A stretch of DNA of 64,000 nt. It comes from Octopus sinensis. Lineage: Eukaryota. The position numbers and the translations under genes are program-made. Of the stretch, positions 24,583-35,756 are shown one piece after another (position 1 is the first letter of the stretch; every line of letters begins with the position of its first letter). The stretch lies in contig NC_043022.1 of NCBI RefSeq assembly GCF_006345805.1, positions 1,736,001 through 1,800,000 on the forward strand. Reading direction: 5' to 3'. The notes under the pieces are model-generated. The model was not told the DNA's origin. It did no database searches and saw only the letters and a list, made by a program, of their open reading frames with translations.

Positions 24583-27321
24583 GGTACTTATTTTATTGAC
24601 CCTGAAAAAATAAAAGGCAAAGCCAACCTCGAAGGGATTTGAACTCAGAACATGATGAACGAAATGCTGCTAAGCATTTTTTGCCCAGCATGTTAGCATT
24701 TCTGCCAGCTTGCTGCCTTAAAATATGAATTGGTGACTAAGATGGTTCAGATGTCAGATGTTAGGAAAACAGTAAATCTGTTGAACTGATAAAGGTCTTG
24801 ATGGAGTTTCAGGAAGGAAAGAAATGAATGTAAATATTAACATTTTGCAGCGAGAGAGAGAAAGATTAGAGAGAGATTAGCATAGAGAAATAGGATATTC
24901 ACAACCAAATAACAGAATATATTGATATAAATATAAATAAACAGAATCACAGTATGGTCTGGTCTGGTGGTTATTAGAACAGATAAAGAAGGCCTCCTTC
25001 GCCCATCAGCCAACCGTTCCCATCTTTGCTGATATAAATTCTTTACACATGTTCCAGACATTTCTAAGCTGCAGAAATATACAAAACAAAACCAACTTCT
25101 ATCAAACTTTGAACACTAGTAGTATTTCATAATGATAATTATGGTTTCGAAGTTTGGTACTAGGCCAGCAATTTTGGGAGAGGGGAGGTGGGTAGGTCAA
25201 TTACATCGACCCCAGTACTCAACTGGTACGTACTTTATCGACCCTGGAAGGAATGAAAGGCAAAGTCAACCTAAGTGGAATTTGAACTTAGAATATAAAG
25301 ATCCGGGAGAAATGCTGCCAGGTATTTCGTCTGACATGCTAAGAATTCTGCTAGCTTGCTGCCTTTGTAATAATGGTTTCAAATTTTGGAACAACACCAG
25401 TAATTTCAGGGTACGTCAATTACACTGACCCTCAGTGGATCAGCTGGTATTTATTTTATTGATCCTGGAAGGATGAAAGGCAAAAGTTGACCTCAGTAGA
25501 ATTTGAACCGAGAGTGTAAAGTGCCGGAAGATATGCTGTTAGGCATTTTGCCCGGCATGCTAATGGTTCGGCTAACTTGCCGCCTTCGTGAGAATTCTTT
25601 CTGAGCCTGGTTCAAGGCCAGCACTGAGGAGAGAAGGCAGATGACTACGTCAACCCCGAAAGGATGAAAGACAAGAGTTGGCCTTGGCAGGATTTGAACT
25701 CAGAAATTTAAAGAATTGGAAGAAATACCACCAAAACATTTTGTTCAATGCACTAATGATTCTGCTAATAATAATAATTATAGTAATAATAATAATCCTT
25801 TCTATTATAGGCACCAAGCCTGAAATCTTGAAGAAGAGGCAAGCCGATTACACTGACCTGGTTATTTCGTCGACCCTGAATGGGTGAAAAGCAAAGCTGA
25901 TTCCCAGCAGGAAATGCACTCAAAACGTGTGGAAAGCTGGGAGAAATGATGCTAAGCAATTTTTTTCCAAAACACAAGCAATTTTTTTGCTAGTTCGCCA
26001 CCATAATAACATGTAAAATAAAAAGGAAGAAAAAAAACGAAACGAACTTGTGTTTACTTATTTCCAAGAGCTGACAAATCAGAGCCGTTAATAAATTTAC
26101 ACAGCTGCCGCCTCCTGTACAAGTCTGGGAGAATTGATGCAAAACTATGAGAACTGCAGAGTTTAAAGAATCCTATTCGAAAGGCGAGCGATTCCGTTCT
26201 TTAAGGTATGTATGTCTGCTACATACATGGAATGGAAGGAACGGCCCCGCCACCACACACAGCAATACCATCGTCCCTTTGCCTTTCCCATTCCATATCC
26301 AGCTGGTTCCTGTAACAGGACACCCCCGAATGGCAGGTAGAGGCTGTGGAAAGGAAAGAAAGCCAGCTGGGAATAATTAAATTCCATGGAGTTTGGCGAA
26401 GGGGGTGAGGAGGGGAAAGGAGGAGCGGGGGGGGGTTGGAAGAAACGGTTCTTGGATTAAAACAAAAATATGCGTCTTTGCATGCGGTTGTTTACGTCTC
26501 GTCTGTCGTTGGTGTCTCGTCAGTTTTCGCCTCCTGCGCAATCAGACGAGGAATTTTAAGTCGAGTCATTCGCATCCATCCATTGTTTGCCATGCTTTTG
26601 TATGTGTGTGTGTGTGTGTGTGTGGTGGTTGGCAATTAATTATTAAACATGTACAGTTTGAAGTACTTTATGTGTGTGTGTGTGTGTGTGTATGTATACG
26701 AAGGGGATAGGGGTAGGAGGAAAAAAAAGAAAAAACAATTATAACGACGGCAATAACAATCTTCTTGAAACTTAAATCATGAAGGAAACAGTTAAAGACT
26801 AATAATAATAATGATAATAATGATAATAATGATAATAATGATAATAATGATACCCTGACAACAAACAGTGTGGAAAGTATTAATTAGACTAAAATGAAAA
26901 ATAATTAGCAAACAAACAAAAAAGGTTGAAAATAAAAACGGGAAGCTGAGCGTAGAATGATGCAGAAATTAGGCAAATTTCACACACATATATATATATA
27001 TACACACTACATGCTATATATATATATAATTATCTACATACACACACATACATTGCATACGTATGTGCGTGTGTAGAAAGAGTGTTGATAAGCCAGTGTG
27101 TGTAATGAGAGAGGGTGGTGAGGAGGGAAAAAGAAATGTTTTAATGTTTGTCAAGTAGATTTTTGTCAAGTGCGTGCAAGGAAAAACAGAGACGAAAGAA
27201 AGAAAGAAAGAAAGAATCAATAAATAAGAGGAGGTAGCAGTGTGTGGGGGGAGAGAGAGAGAAAGGGAGAGTAAGGGCCTTAACAGTACAAATATGCCGG
27301 GATTTAAGATTTTCTCATTTT

Positions 27322-27443
27322 TTTGCATGTGTGTGTGTATATATATAGATATGTGTGTGTGTGTATATGTGTGTGTGTGTATATATATGTGTGTGTATAT
27401 GTGTGTGTGTGTATATATATATATGTGTGTGTGTGTGTATATA

Positions 27444-27476
<33 letters not shown>

Positions 27477-27540
27477 GTGTGTGTGTGGGTATATATATAT
27501 ATGTGTGTGTGTGTGTGTATATATATATGTGGGTGTGTAT
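27322..27540. repeat. Compound (TG)n/(TA)n microsatellite
   Basis: Alternating gtgtgt and atatat blocks; source of the His/Thr and Cys/Val ORFs. Confidence 0.9.
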
Positions 27541-29277
27541 GTTGGTTGGGGTTGATATGAAGACTGCGATTGTGGACAAGTTTCGTGCGAGATGACATCT
27601 TGGAAGGGAAACGAAAACGGATTCGGAGTTTCCGTAACAACGCAAATTAATGAGAAAAGAATTAGCCAGAGAGTGGACATTTTGGATAACTTAACGTTCT
27701 TCTTCTTCTGGTGGAGGCGGTGGAGTCGGTGACGGTTTCGCTTCCACACAGAAGCCTACGTTGCATGGGGAAACCACACACACACACAATGTAACATATA
27801 TATATATATATTATATATATATATATATATATATGTACTTGTCGGTGTGGTGAAGATCCCCTTCGATTCGAATTAGTAATACATATATATATAATAAATG
27901 AAAAGGGGGTTCACGGTGGGTTATGCGGCGGCGGCGGTGGTGGGCTTGAAATACCGACAATGGTAAATGGAATGGAAAAACGGATACGGACAAGACGAAA
28001 TGGAGGGGTTAAAAAAATCCCTCGAAAAAACCCACATCCGTGGATGAAGTGATAAATTACAGTATCAAACGAACTGACCCAACAAGGGAGCCTTTACATG
28101 GTCGCTTGACCTGCTAGAAACAGCAGTCAATTCTCCTTTGAATCCCCCACCGCATTAAAACAATTATAAATCTTTCTTTCAGATCAGACGGGATAACACT
28201 ACTCTTATGGCCAAATATATTAGAAAGGGGACAATGTAGTGTTGGAATAAAGGACTACTGGAAAACAAAGACTCGGGTGGATGGTCATGATTGGAATGCC
28301 TATGATCATAAGTCTTTTGTCAAAGCTGAGCGGGGGTTAAAAAACTGAATGGAAAAATCAGGGTGGTCGTGTACGCTATGATAATGAGTAATTCGTGTAA
28401 GCATGTACGGGTGTGTATGCGATAAGGTAGTTGGTTATTGGCGGGTACACGGGGTAGTTAATAATAATAATATATGGATTTTCTTCCCTTTTTTTTCACT
28501 TTCTTTTGCGACATAAACTTGTCTGTCCTTTTTTTTTAACCCCAGGTCACCCTTAATCCAGTCTGGACAACAGACTTATGATCAAAGAAATTCCAACCGA
28601 AATGATCCTTTTTCAAAAAAAGTGATCTTATTTAGGGTCGTATAGGACTACACCATCCAAAGTAGTCCTTTCGTTATTTAACACAGTAGGGAAGGGGTGT
28701 GATTTGAAACGAGATTCGGCTGCTATTTCTAACAGGTCGAACAACCACGTAGCAGCCGTCTCGTTGACTCGACATAGATTTTAAAAAGGAGACACGAAAA
28801 TAAAAGTTAAATGTTTCCCTTTCGGCGAACGGAAACCGGATTTGGTAATGTCCAGGCGTCTCCGACGGTTTCAAATAATGTTTTATTTGGTTAAATTTCA
28901 CAACGAAGCCTCAAGAATTAGTCCAAGAAGATGTCTTGGACGATGCAGAGTCGAGACTCCATCCATGAGGGCTACGGCTTCCCCCATCGAAGAGAAAGAG
29001 GAATAAAAGGCTATTAAATTAAATGTAATTCGACAGATTGCAATTTATAAATAGACAAAGCTGAGAATTAAACCCATTTATGGTCGAGGTGCCATGACAA
29101 AGGCTTAGATTGGCGATAGGGGATGAAAGACCCGACGAAAAATTCTAGTGCTGACAACATTTATTATTAACATATAGTAGTTGCTATTAACATGGCATTT
29201 TCCGCGGGTTCTACTACTGTAATTGTAACATCATACATTATACATCAGTGGAGCACCACATTCTTGCAAGGAAAACG

Positions 29278-29348
29278 TTGACAGCGACTTCGAAGTTTCG
29301 GCTCAGTTTCCACCAGCAAGTAAACGGAAACTTCGAAGTCACTGTCAA
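29278..29348. other. 71-nt hairpin, 22-bp stem with one mismatch
   Basis: ttgacagcgacttcgaagtttc (29278-29299) pairs with gaaacttcgaagtcactgtcaa (29327-29348). Confidence 0.85.
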
Positions 29349-30512
29349 ATTATAATCATTTTTTTTGACGAACAATATATAAGGTACTTGTACCAATATA
29401 TAATATAAATTCATGCTTAAAACACACAGAGAAAGAAACTAATTAAAGAAAAAAAAACACAACCAACTTATTGAAACAAAAGCCGAGAAACAAACCAAGA
29501 GATAATTAGCAAAAATAAGACCATATATTAATTAATTAATTAATTAATTAATTAATACTTACTCCTTCGTCCGTACCGTTCTGAAACATGATTGATGAAT
29601 TGTAAGGTGTGTATATATATATATATATGTGCAAACAAATATATATATATAATATATAATTATATCCTAAGTATATATTATATATATATAATGTTATTTT
29701 CTATAGAATTCTCTGGTTGTGTGTAGATAAATATCTGTATTTAGGTGTTATATGTGTATATATTCCTCCTGTGGTGGTTCTGGCGGGGACTGAGACGAAT
29801 ATAACTGCAGTTATCCTCTCTCTCTTTCTCTCTCTAGTTTAGTTTCCGTCTGTTCATTGAACAACAAGAACTACAGCAACAACCACAACAACAAGAGAAA
29901 AAGTATCAGAGACCAACTGGGAAAAGCGATGTCAACGTTAACGCTATGTAAACGGCGCCTTTTTTCTCTCTCTCTCTCTCTCTACTTTTACCCCCTCCTC
30001 CTCCCCTTCGTCTTCTTGACAGTGGGGATGGCGACGGTGGTGGTGGTGGTGGTAGTAGAGTTGTTCAAAGGTGGTGGCGACGGTGGTGATGATGACGGTG
30101 GTGGTGGAAGAGTTGTTCAAAGGTGGTGGTGGTGGTGGTGGTAGAGTTGTTCAAGGGTGGCGACGGCGACGGCGCTGTTTTGTTTATTAATTTACTTTCT
30201 GCCCTTTATTTTTAATTCATCCAACCCACCAATAATAAATAATTAAAACAATTATAATTAATTATTTCTTTTATCTCAAACAAAAATAATAATAATAATA
30301 TTCCTCCAAAGCGAGTTTTGTTTTGTTTAATTTCTATATTATTTTCGTTTTTTATCTCTCAATTTCTCTTCCTCCGTTTCCTTTTATTATATTCATAGTC
30401 TTTCTTTATCTCTTTTTCCCCCTCATTCTACTCCTCTCCTCTGAGGGGAAACTGTATCCAAGCGCCGGACAAAGTAACTATAACCACCCCTCCGCCTCCC
30501 TCTCTATCTTAT

Positions 30513-30548
<36 letters not shown>

Positions 30549-30553
<5 letters not shown>

Positions 30554-30792
30554 TGTATAGAGGGCATTATTACACATAAATGCCTCACGCTAAGAAGGAC
30601 ATAAGTCATTACTACCAAAATTTCACTAATCATACCTAATGCAGTTTTTCAAAGCAGGACATTTAAATCATTTTTTAAATGTCCTGCTTTGAAAAACTGC
30701 ATTAGGTATGATTAGTGAAATTTTGGTAGTAATGACTTATGTCCTTCTTAGCGTGAGGCATTTATGTGTAATAATGCCCTCTATACAATATA
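30549..30792. repeat. Perfect inverted repeat: two 119-bp arms, 6-nt spacer
   Basis: 30549-30667 is the exact reverse complement of 30674-30792; spacer tcattt. Confidence 0.95.
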
Positions 30793-31339
30793 AATTAATA
30801 TTTTCAAAAGAAAAAAAAATTATTTTCGAATTTTTTTCTCTTATGAGGTTTTTTCACGCTAACTACCTGATAATTTCTTGTTAAGATCCCTTATTAAGAA
30901 GTTATCCTTAATTGTTAAATTTATATATATATATACATATATATATGTGTGTGTGTATATATATACATATATATATACACACTCACACAGACGTATCGAT
31001 AGTGCAAGCTATAGTTATAGAAATCGGTCGGATGTGGCTGCCGGACACACGAGACGTTCCTCCGAGCTTCAACGAAGAAGGATAGACATTTTCTTTCTTT
31101 CTTTTTCACTGGGTTTAGAGATGGTGAGGGGGTGGGGTGGGGTGGATGTGACACAAAGCTCCCCGTCGAAGTTAGCTTTTATAAAATACCAGTCAAGTAC
31201 TGGGATCGATATTATCGACTACTTACTTACCCTCACGCTACAAATGCTGGCCTCGTGCCAAAATTTGAAACTGTTATTATTATTGTTTTGTAATTTGTTG
31301 TAGTTTTTATCGTGGAAGAAGGGGAGGAGAGAGAGAGAG

Positions 31340-31612
31340 AGTAAATTTAGAGGAAGAGAGAAAAAGAAGCGGTAACTTAAAGGACGGAGAGAGAAAGAGA
31401 GAGAGGAAAGAAGCGGTAACTTAGGCGTGAGAGAGAGAGAGTGAACAAGTAGTGAGGGGTGGTAGGAGAGGAAATGGGAGAGGGAGAAGAATAACAGAGA
31501 GGAAGAGAGAAAAAGAAGCGGTAACTTAGGCGAGAGAGAGAGAGAAAACAAGTAGTGAGGGGTGGGAGGAGAGGAAATGGGAGAGGGAGAAGAATAAAAG
31601 AGAGGAAGAATC
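31340..31612. repeat. Purine-rich local duplication (aagaagcggtaactta x3)
   Basis: A unit of about 105 bp, gcggtaacttaggcg...aacaagtagtgaggggtgg...gggagaagaata, is repeated. Confidence 0.7.
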
Positions 31613-32049
31613 GGCACCGGCTGGTCTAAGAGTAAAGGAGGGTGTTTAGATGAGAGAGAGAGAGCAGGAGTGACAGGAAGAGTTAGAAAGTGAGTTGACA
31701 GAAAGAATGAAAGGAGGAGAAAGAGAGAGACTAAGCAGTTGTGTGAGAGGATGGTAGGAGAGACAAAAAGTTGGCAGTGGATGATGAGACGCAGTAGTAA
31801 GAGAGAGAGGAAGGAGCAAACGAGAGGGAATGGTGGGAGTGTTTAAAAAAAGAGACTAAGTGACTGTAAGGGAGGGAAAGAGGAGAAGTAAGGAGAAATA
31901 GAAAGTGTAAAAAGATGAAGGACAGTTTGAGAGGGATGTAAAGAGAGGAAAGAGTTGTGTGCGAGGGTGAGAAGGAAGGACAGAGGCGGAGAGAAGGGTG
32001 AGTGAATGGAAAGGATGACTGCCCTTTCACAAGCTATCTCTTCCTTCCC

Positions 32050-32640
32050 CTCTTACATTTTGGCCGAACAACTACCGTACTACGTCGGTGTAAGTATAGG
32101 ATGACTGCCTTTTTGTAGCTAGACTTTCGGCTTCTTACCGCAAAGGCGGCAATGATATAAGGCAGAGAGAGAGAGAGAGTTCCGTAGAGGTGCAGATATT
32201 TATTTTCCATCAAAATACCTTGTCTACAACGACATTTCCTGCCTGCCTTCCTTCCTTCTTTCTCGTCCTCCTTCTCTTCCACATACCACGACCACCACCA
32301 CCGAAGCCGCCGCCGCCTCCGCCACGTGCAGCAAAAGGGAACTAAACACACGTGTGCATAACTAACTACCCCTCCTCCTCCCCTACACACACACACACAC
32401 ACGTCTATGCTTCTGCTCACGTGACTGTCAAAGCCGTTGCTTAGCAATAGAATGGAAATGTAAGAAGATTTGGTCCTCCTCGCTTCGTTCTCTGCCTCTT
32501 GGAGAAGGTAGAACTGCCGCAGCATGTGTTTGTTCCAAGACGAAAAATAATAATAGAACGACAGAAGAACGAGCGATATGCCCTGTTCTATAACATCCAT
32601 TCCTACCTTTTTTTTTCTTCGAGGAACCGTAGGTTCCATT
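32050..32640. promoter_or_regulatory. CpG-rich promoter-like region with three E-boxes and an RFX X-box-like motif
   Basis: CACGTG at 32323, 32349 and 32418 (the last as TCACGTGAC); GTTGCTTAGCAAT at 32436-32448; many CpGs; ccgccgcc runs. Confidence 0.5.
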
Positions 32641-32676
32641 GTCGAAATTCCTTCTTTATACAGATACATAAATAAA

Positions 32677-33058
32677 CTAGCAGTATCGCCCGGCGTTGCT
32701 CGGGTTTGTTTCGACCCTTTAGAATTGGAATTTTTGGAAAGTAAAAATTTTGCATTATGTAGCTGGTTAAGTGAACATTTTTCTGGTTGAAATACACCGA
32801 AAAATGGCGACACAGCAGTCAAAACATCGTAAAAAAAAGGGATTTTCATAGAAAAAAAGCACCTTTTTGATGTAAATAATTTTTGGTGTTAACATGGTCC
32901 GATTTGAATTTTTTTTTTCTACGGAAGGAAGAGCAAGCCTTCTTCTATCATACTCTCAATTTTGGTCAACTTGTGCTACAGGGTCTCGGAGGAGATAGTG
33001 TTAGTTGAAGGCTACTAAACCTGCCATACACAGACGACTTCAGCTTTATATAGAGGGA
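32677..33058 (-). mobile_element. Non-autonomous Helitron, internal type 1
   Basis: Minus strand starts TC(cctctatataaagctgaag) and ends with hairpin cccgagcaacgccggg, 8 nt, CTAG; inserted between A and T. Confidence 0.75.
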
Positions 33059-33436
33059 TATGGAATGTCAAAAAAGTTGAACAGGTTATTTTTTTGGTCT
33101 TATTTACTCCTGTCATGCTGGGGTACTGCCTTGAAGAATCTTGAGTCAACTGAATCGACCCTACAACTTATTTTTTAAAAAACCTGGTACTTATTCTATT
33201 CGTCTCGTTTGTTGAACTGCTAGGTTATAGGGTCGTAAACACACCTACATCAGTTGTTGAGCAGTAGTGGGGGACAAACACACACAAAGATACTCACACA
33301 TACATATATACGACGGGCTTCTTTCAGTTTCCACCTACCAAGTCCACTCACAAGGCTTTGGTTGGCCCAAGACTAGAATAGAAGACAATTGCCCGAGGTA
33401 CCATGGGGTGGGACTGAACAAAAATGGGGATATGGA

Positions 33437-33570
33437 GCGTCAGGTGTACTGTTGGTGAGTTCCAGGAAGCATGGAAGTTCTGAAGGATGCAGTGTCGTTT
33501 CAACAGCTGACGACTGATGCAGGTAGTTCAGTTCATGCTTCAGCAATTCTGCGCATGAAAACGTGTGCAG
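33437..33570 (-). mobile_element. CR1-like ORF2 C-terminal fragment
   Basis: caggaagcatggaagttctgaaggatgcagtg...catgcttcagcaattct, the same family as 58254-58730. Confidence 0.7.
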
Positions 33571-35300
33571 TAACATGAGATAGTTACTGCCATAGTATGA
33601 ACCTAGATTGGGTTCGAATTTACAGAAAACAAAAGAGGAAGACAGGTGAAGGAACAACGAACAGGTGTATTAGTTTAATGCTTGAAAAGAATGAAAAAGT
33701 TTTGGATGTTTTGAGCATATGCTCTTCGACAGAAAGGATGGAGGGGAAGAAAAATGTATAGGGATTAATGGTTGAACATGATGAATCTGTATTATTGGCC
33801 ATACCTGATGTTAGTGTCATCAGCCTTATTCTTCTGTCCTGGCTTAAGGTGTGTTGGATGAGGAATGAGGGTATTAATTTCCTGCTAGATTGATTGCTTT
33901 CACTGCAGCTAAGGAGCTCAATCTACCTAGGATTCCAAACACACCTGAGAGTAAAAGTAATTAAGGGGTGACTTTATGAACCCCAAATTTTCAGAATACC
34001 CCAGCTGGAGCCTTACCACTGGATGCAGTTTAATGTCATGCCTTAGCATCTTTAAAAACAAAGGAAAAAGATAGGATAAAATAGACAACCGGTAACCAAC
34101 CTTTTCGTTTCAACAGACCCTCTTTAAATGAATTTTTCCAGACACCAACTTTTTGAAAGGTCTGTCAAACCAACAAATTCTGATCTCAACTGATGGACTT
34201 CAGTTTGGGAATTGCTAATGTCATCTTTGTTTCATTTTAACATCCACTTTTCCATGCTTGCATGGGTTGGACAGAATTTATTGCAGCAGATTTGCTATGG
34301 TCAAATGTCTTCACCTGTTTCCAAGCAAAGTTGTACTTTCTCACAGCTGGATATGTTTTCCCAGAAGATCAGAAACGGAAGACACTGCTTGTTTAACAGG
34401 GACGCTCATTTACAAACATTACACAATATCAAAACAAGGGAACACACACACAGACACAGATGAAAGAGAAACCTTATGGTGCTCCCTTTCTTTGGTGTTC
34501 TAAACATGTGCTTCTTCAGCTTCAATGCTTTAATCTGGGGCTGTTCCCTGTTCCATTTCTGACTCGTCTTCCCCCCATCTTTAAACCAGTTCCTGTCTCT
34601 CCTTTTCTCCCCCTTCACCTATTCTGTATATATATTTTTTTTTTACTCTATCGTGTTATCTGGAAAATTCTTGTAATATTTTTGCTCAACTCCATACACA
34701 TGCATCAGAAGGAATCCAAGAGATTCGTGGGAGTGGAAGGTGTGAAAATGGTAAATTAAACCTTTCTGTGAAGGTTTCAATGTCAGTTAATTACCAGCTG
34801 AACAATTTTTATTATTATTATTATTATTTTTCTTTTTTTTTGCCTTTCTTCCTACCATCCCTCTCTTTCTCCCCCCATCCCACCCCATCCAGTTTCAGGT
34901 CAATCTCAGTTTATTAAATCTGAAGATGAGTCACTGCTTCCAAAGCAGAATAATTTTAGACTTTGGCAGCTTCTTTTTCTTCTTCTTTTTTCTTGTCTTC
35001 AGATCTTAAATTCTAAGTAAAAATCAGAAAACAAACTAACCTGGTTCAGAACACAACAAAGGATTGGTAGAGTTGTTGGAACATTGGACAGAATTCTTAG
35101 CAATATTTAGTCAACAATTAAGGTGGTGCGCTGGTAGAATAATTAACAAATTGGGAAAAATACTTAACGATGTTTCATCCATCTTTACATTCTGAGTTCA
35201 AATTCCACTGAGACTGTCTTTGCTTTCCATCTTTTTGGGGTTGATAAAATAAGTACCAGTTAAACACTGGGGTTGATGCAATCACCTTAACCCCTCCACA

Positions 35301-35333
<33 letters not shown>

Positions 35334-35334
35334 C

Positions 35335-35727
35335 TTTTACTTGTTTCAGTCATCTGACTGCGGCCATGCTGGAGCACCGCCTTTAATCGAGTAACTCGAC
35401 TCCGGGACTTATTCTTTTGTAAGCCCAGTACTTATTCTATCGGTCTCTTTTGCCGAACCGCTAAGTAACGGGGACATAAACACACCAGCATCAGTTGTCA
35501 AGCAATGCTAGGGGGACAAACACAGACACACAAACACACACACGCATATATATATATACATATATACGACGGGCTTCTTTCAGTTTCCATCAACCAAATC
35601 CACTCACAAAGCTTTGGTCGGCCCAAGGCTATAGTAGAAGACACTTGCCCAAGGTACCACGCAGTGGGACTGAACCCGGGACCATGTGGTTGGTAAACAA
35701 GCTACTTACCACACAGCCACTCCTGCG
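35335..35727 (-). mobile_element. SINE family B, full length
   Basis: Near-identical to the 10926-11316 and 50957-51365 copies. Confidence 0.9.
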
Positions 35728-35756
35728 CCCATATATATATATATATATATATATAT

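Noticed and set aside
27315-27749. ORF with a signal-peptide-like MSTLWLILFSLICVV
   Set aside because: It runs into a (CA/TA)n microsatellite after about 45 residues with no donor site; the hydrophobic stretch coincides with a polypyrimidine tract, so it is more likely UTR or intron.
32034-32849. 271-aa minus-strand ORF
   Set aside because: It runs through a Helitron end, microsatellites and promoter-like DNA, with no recognisable domain.
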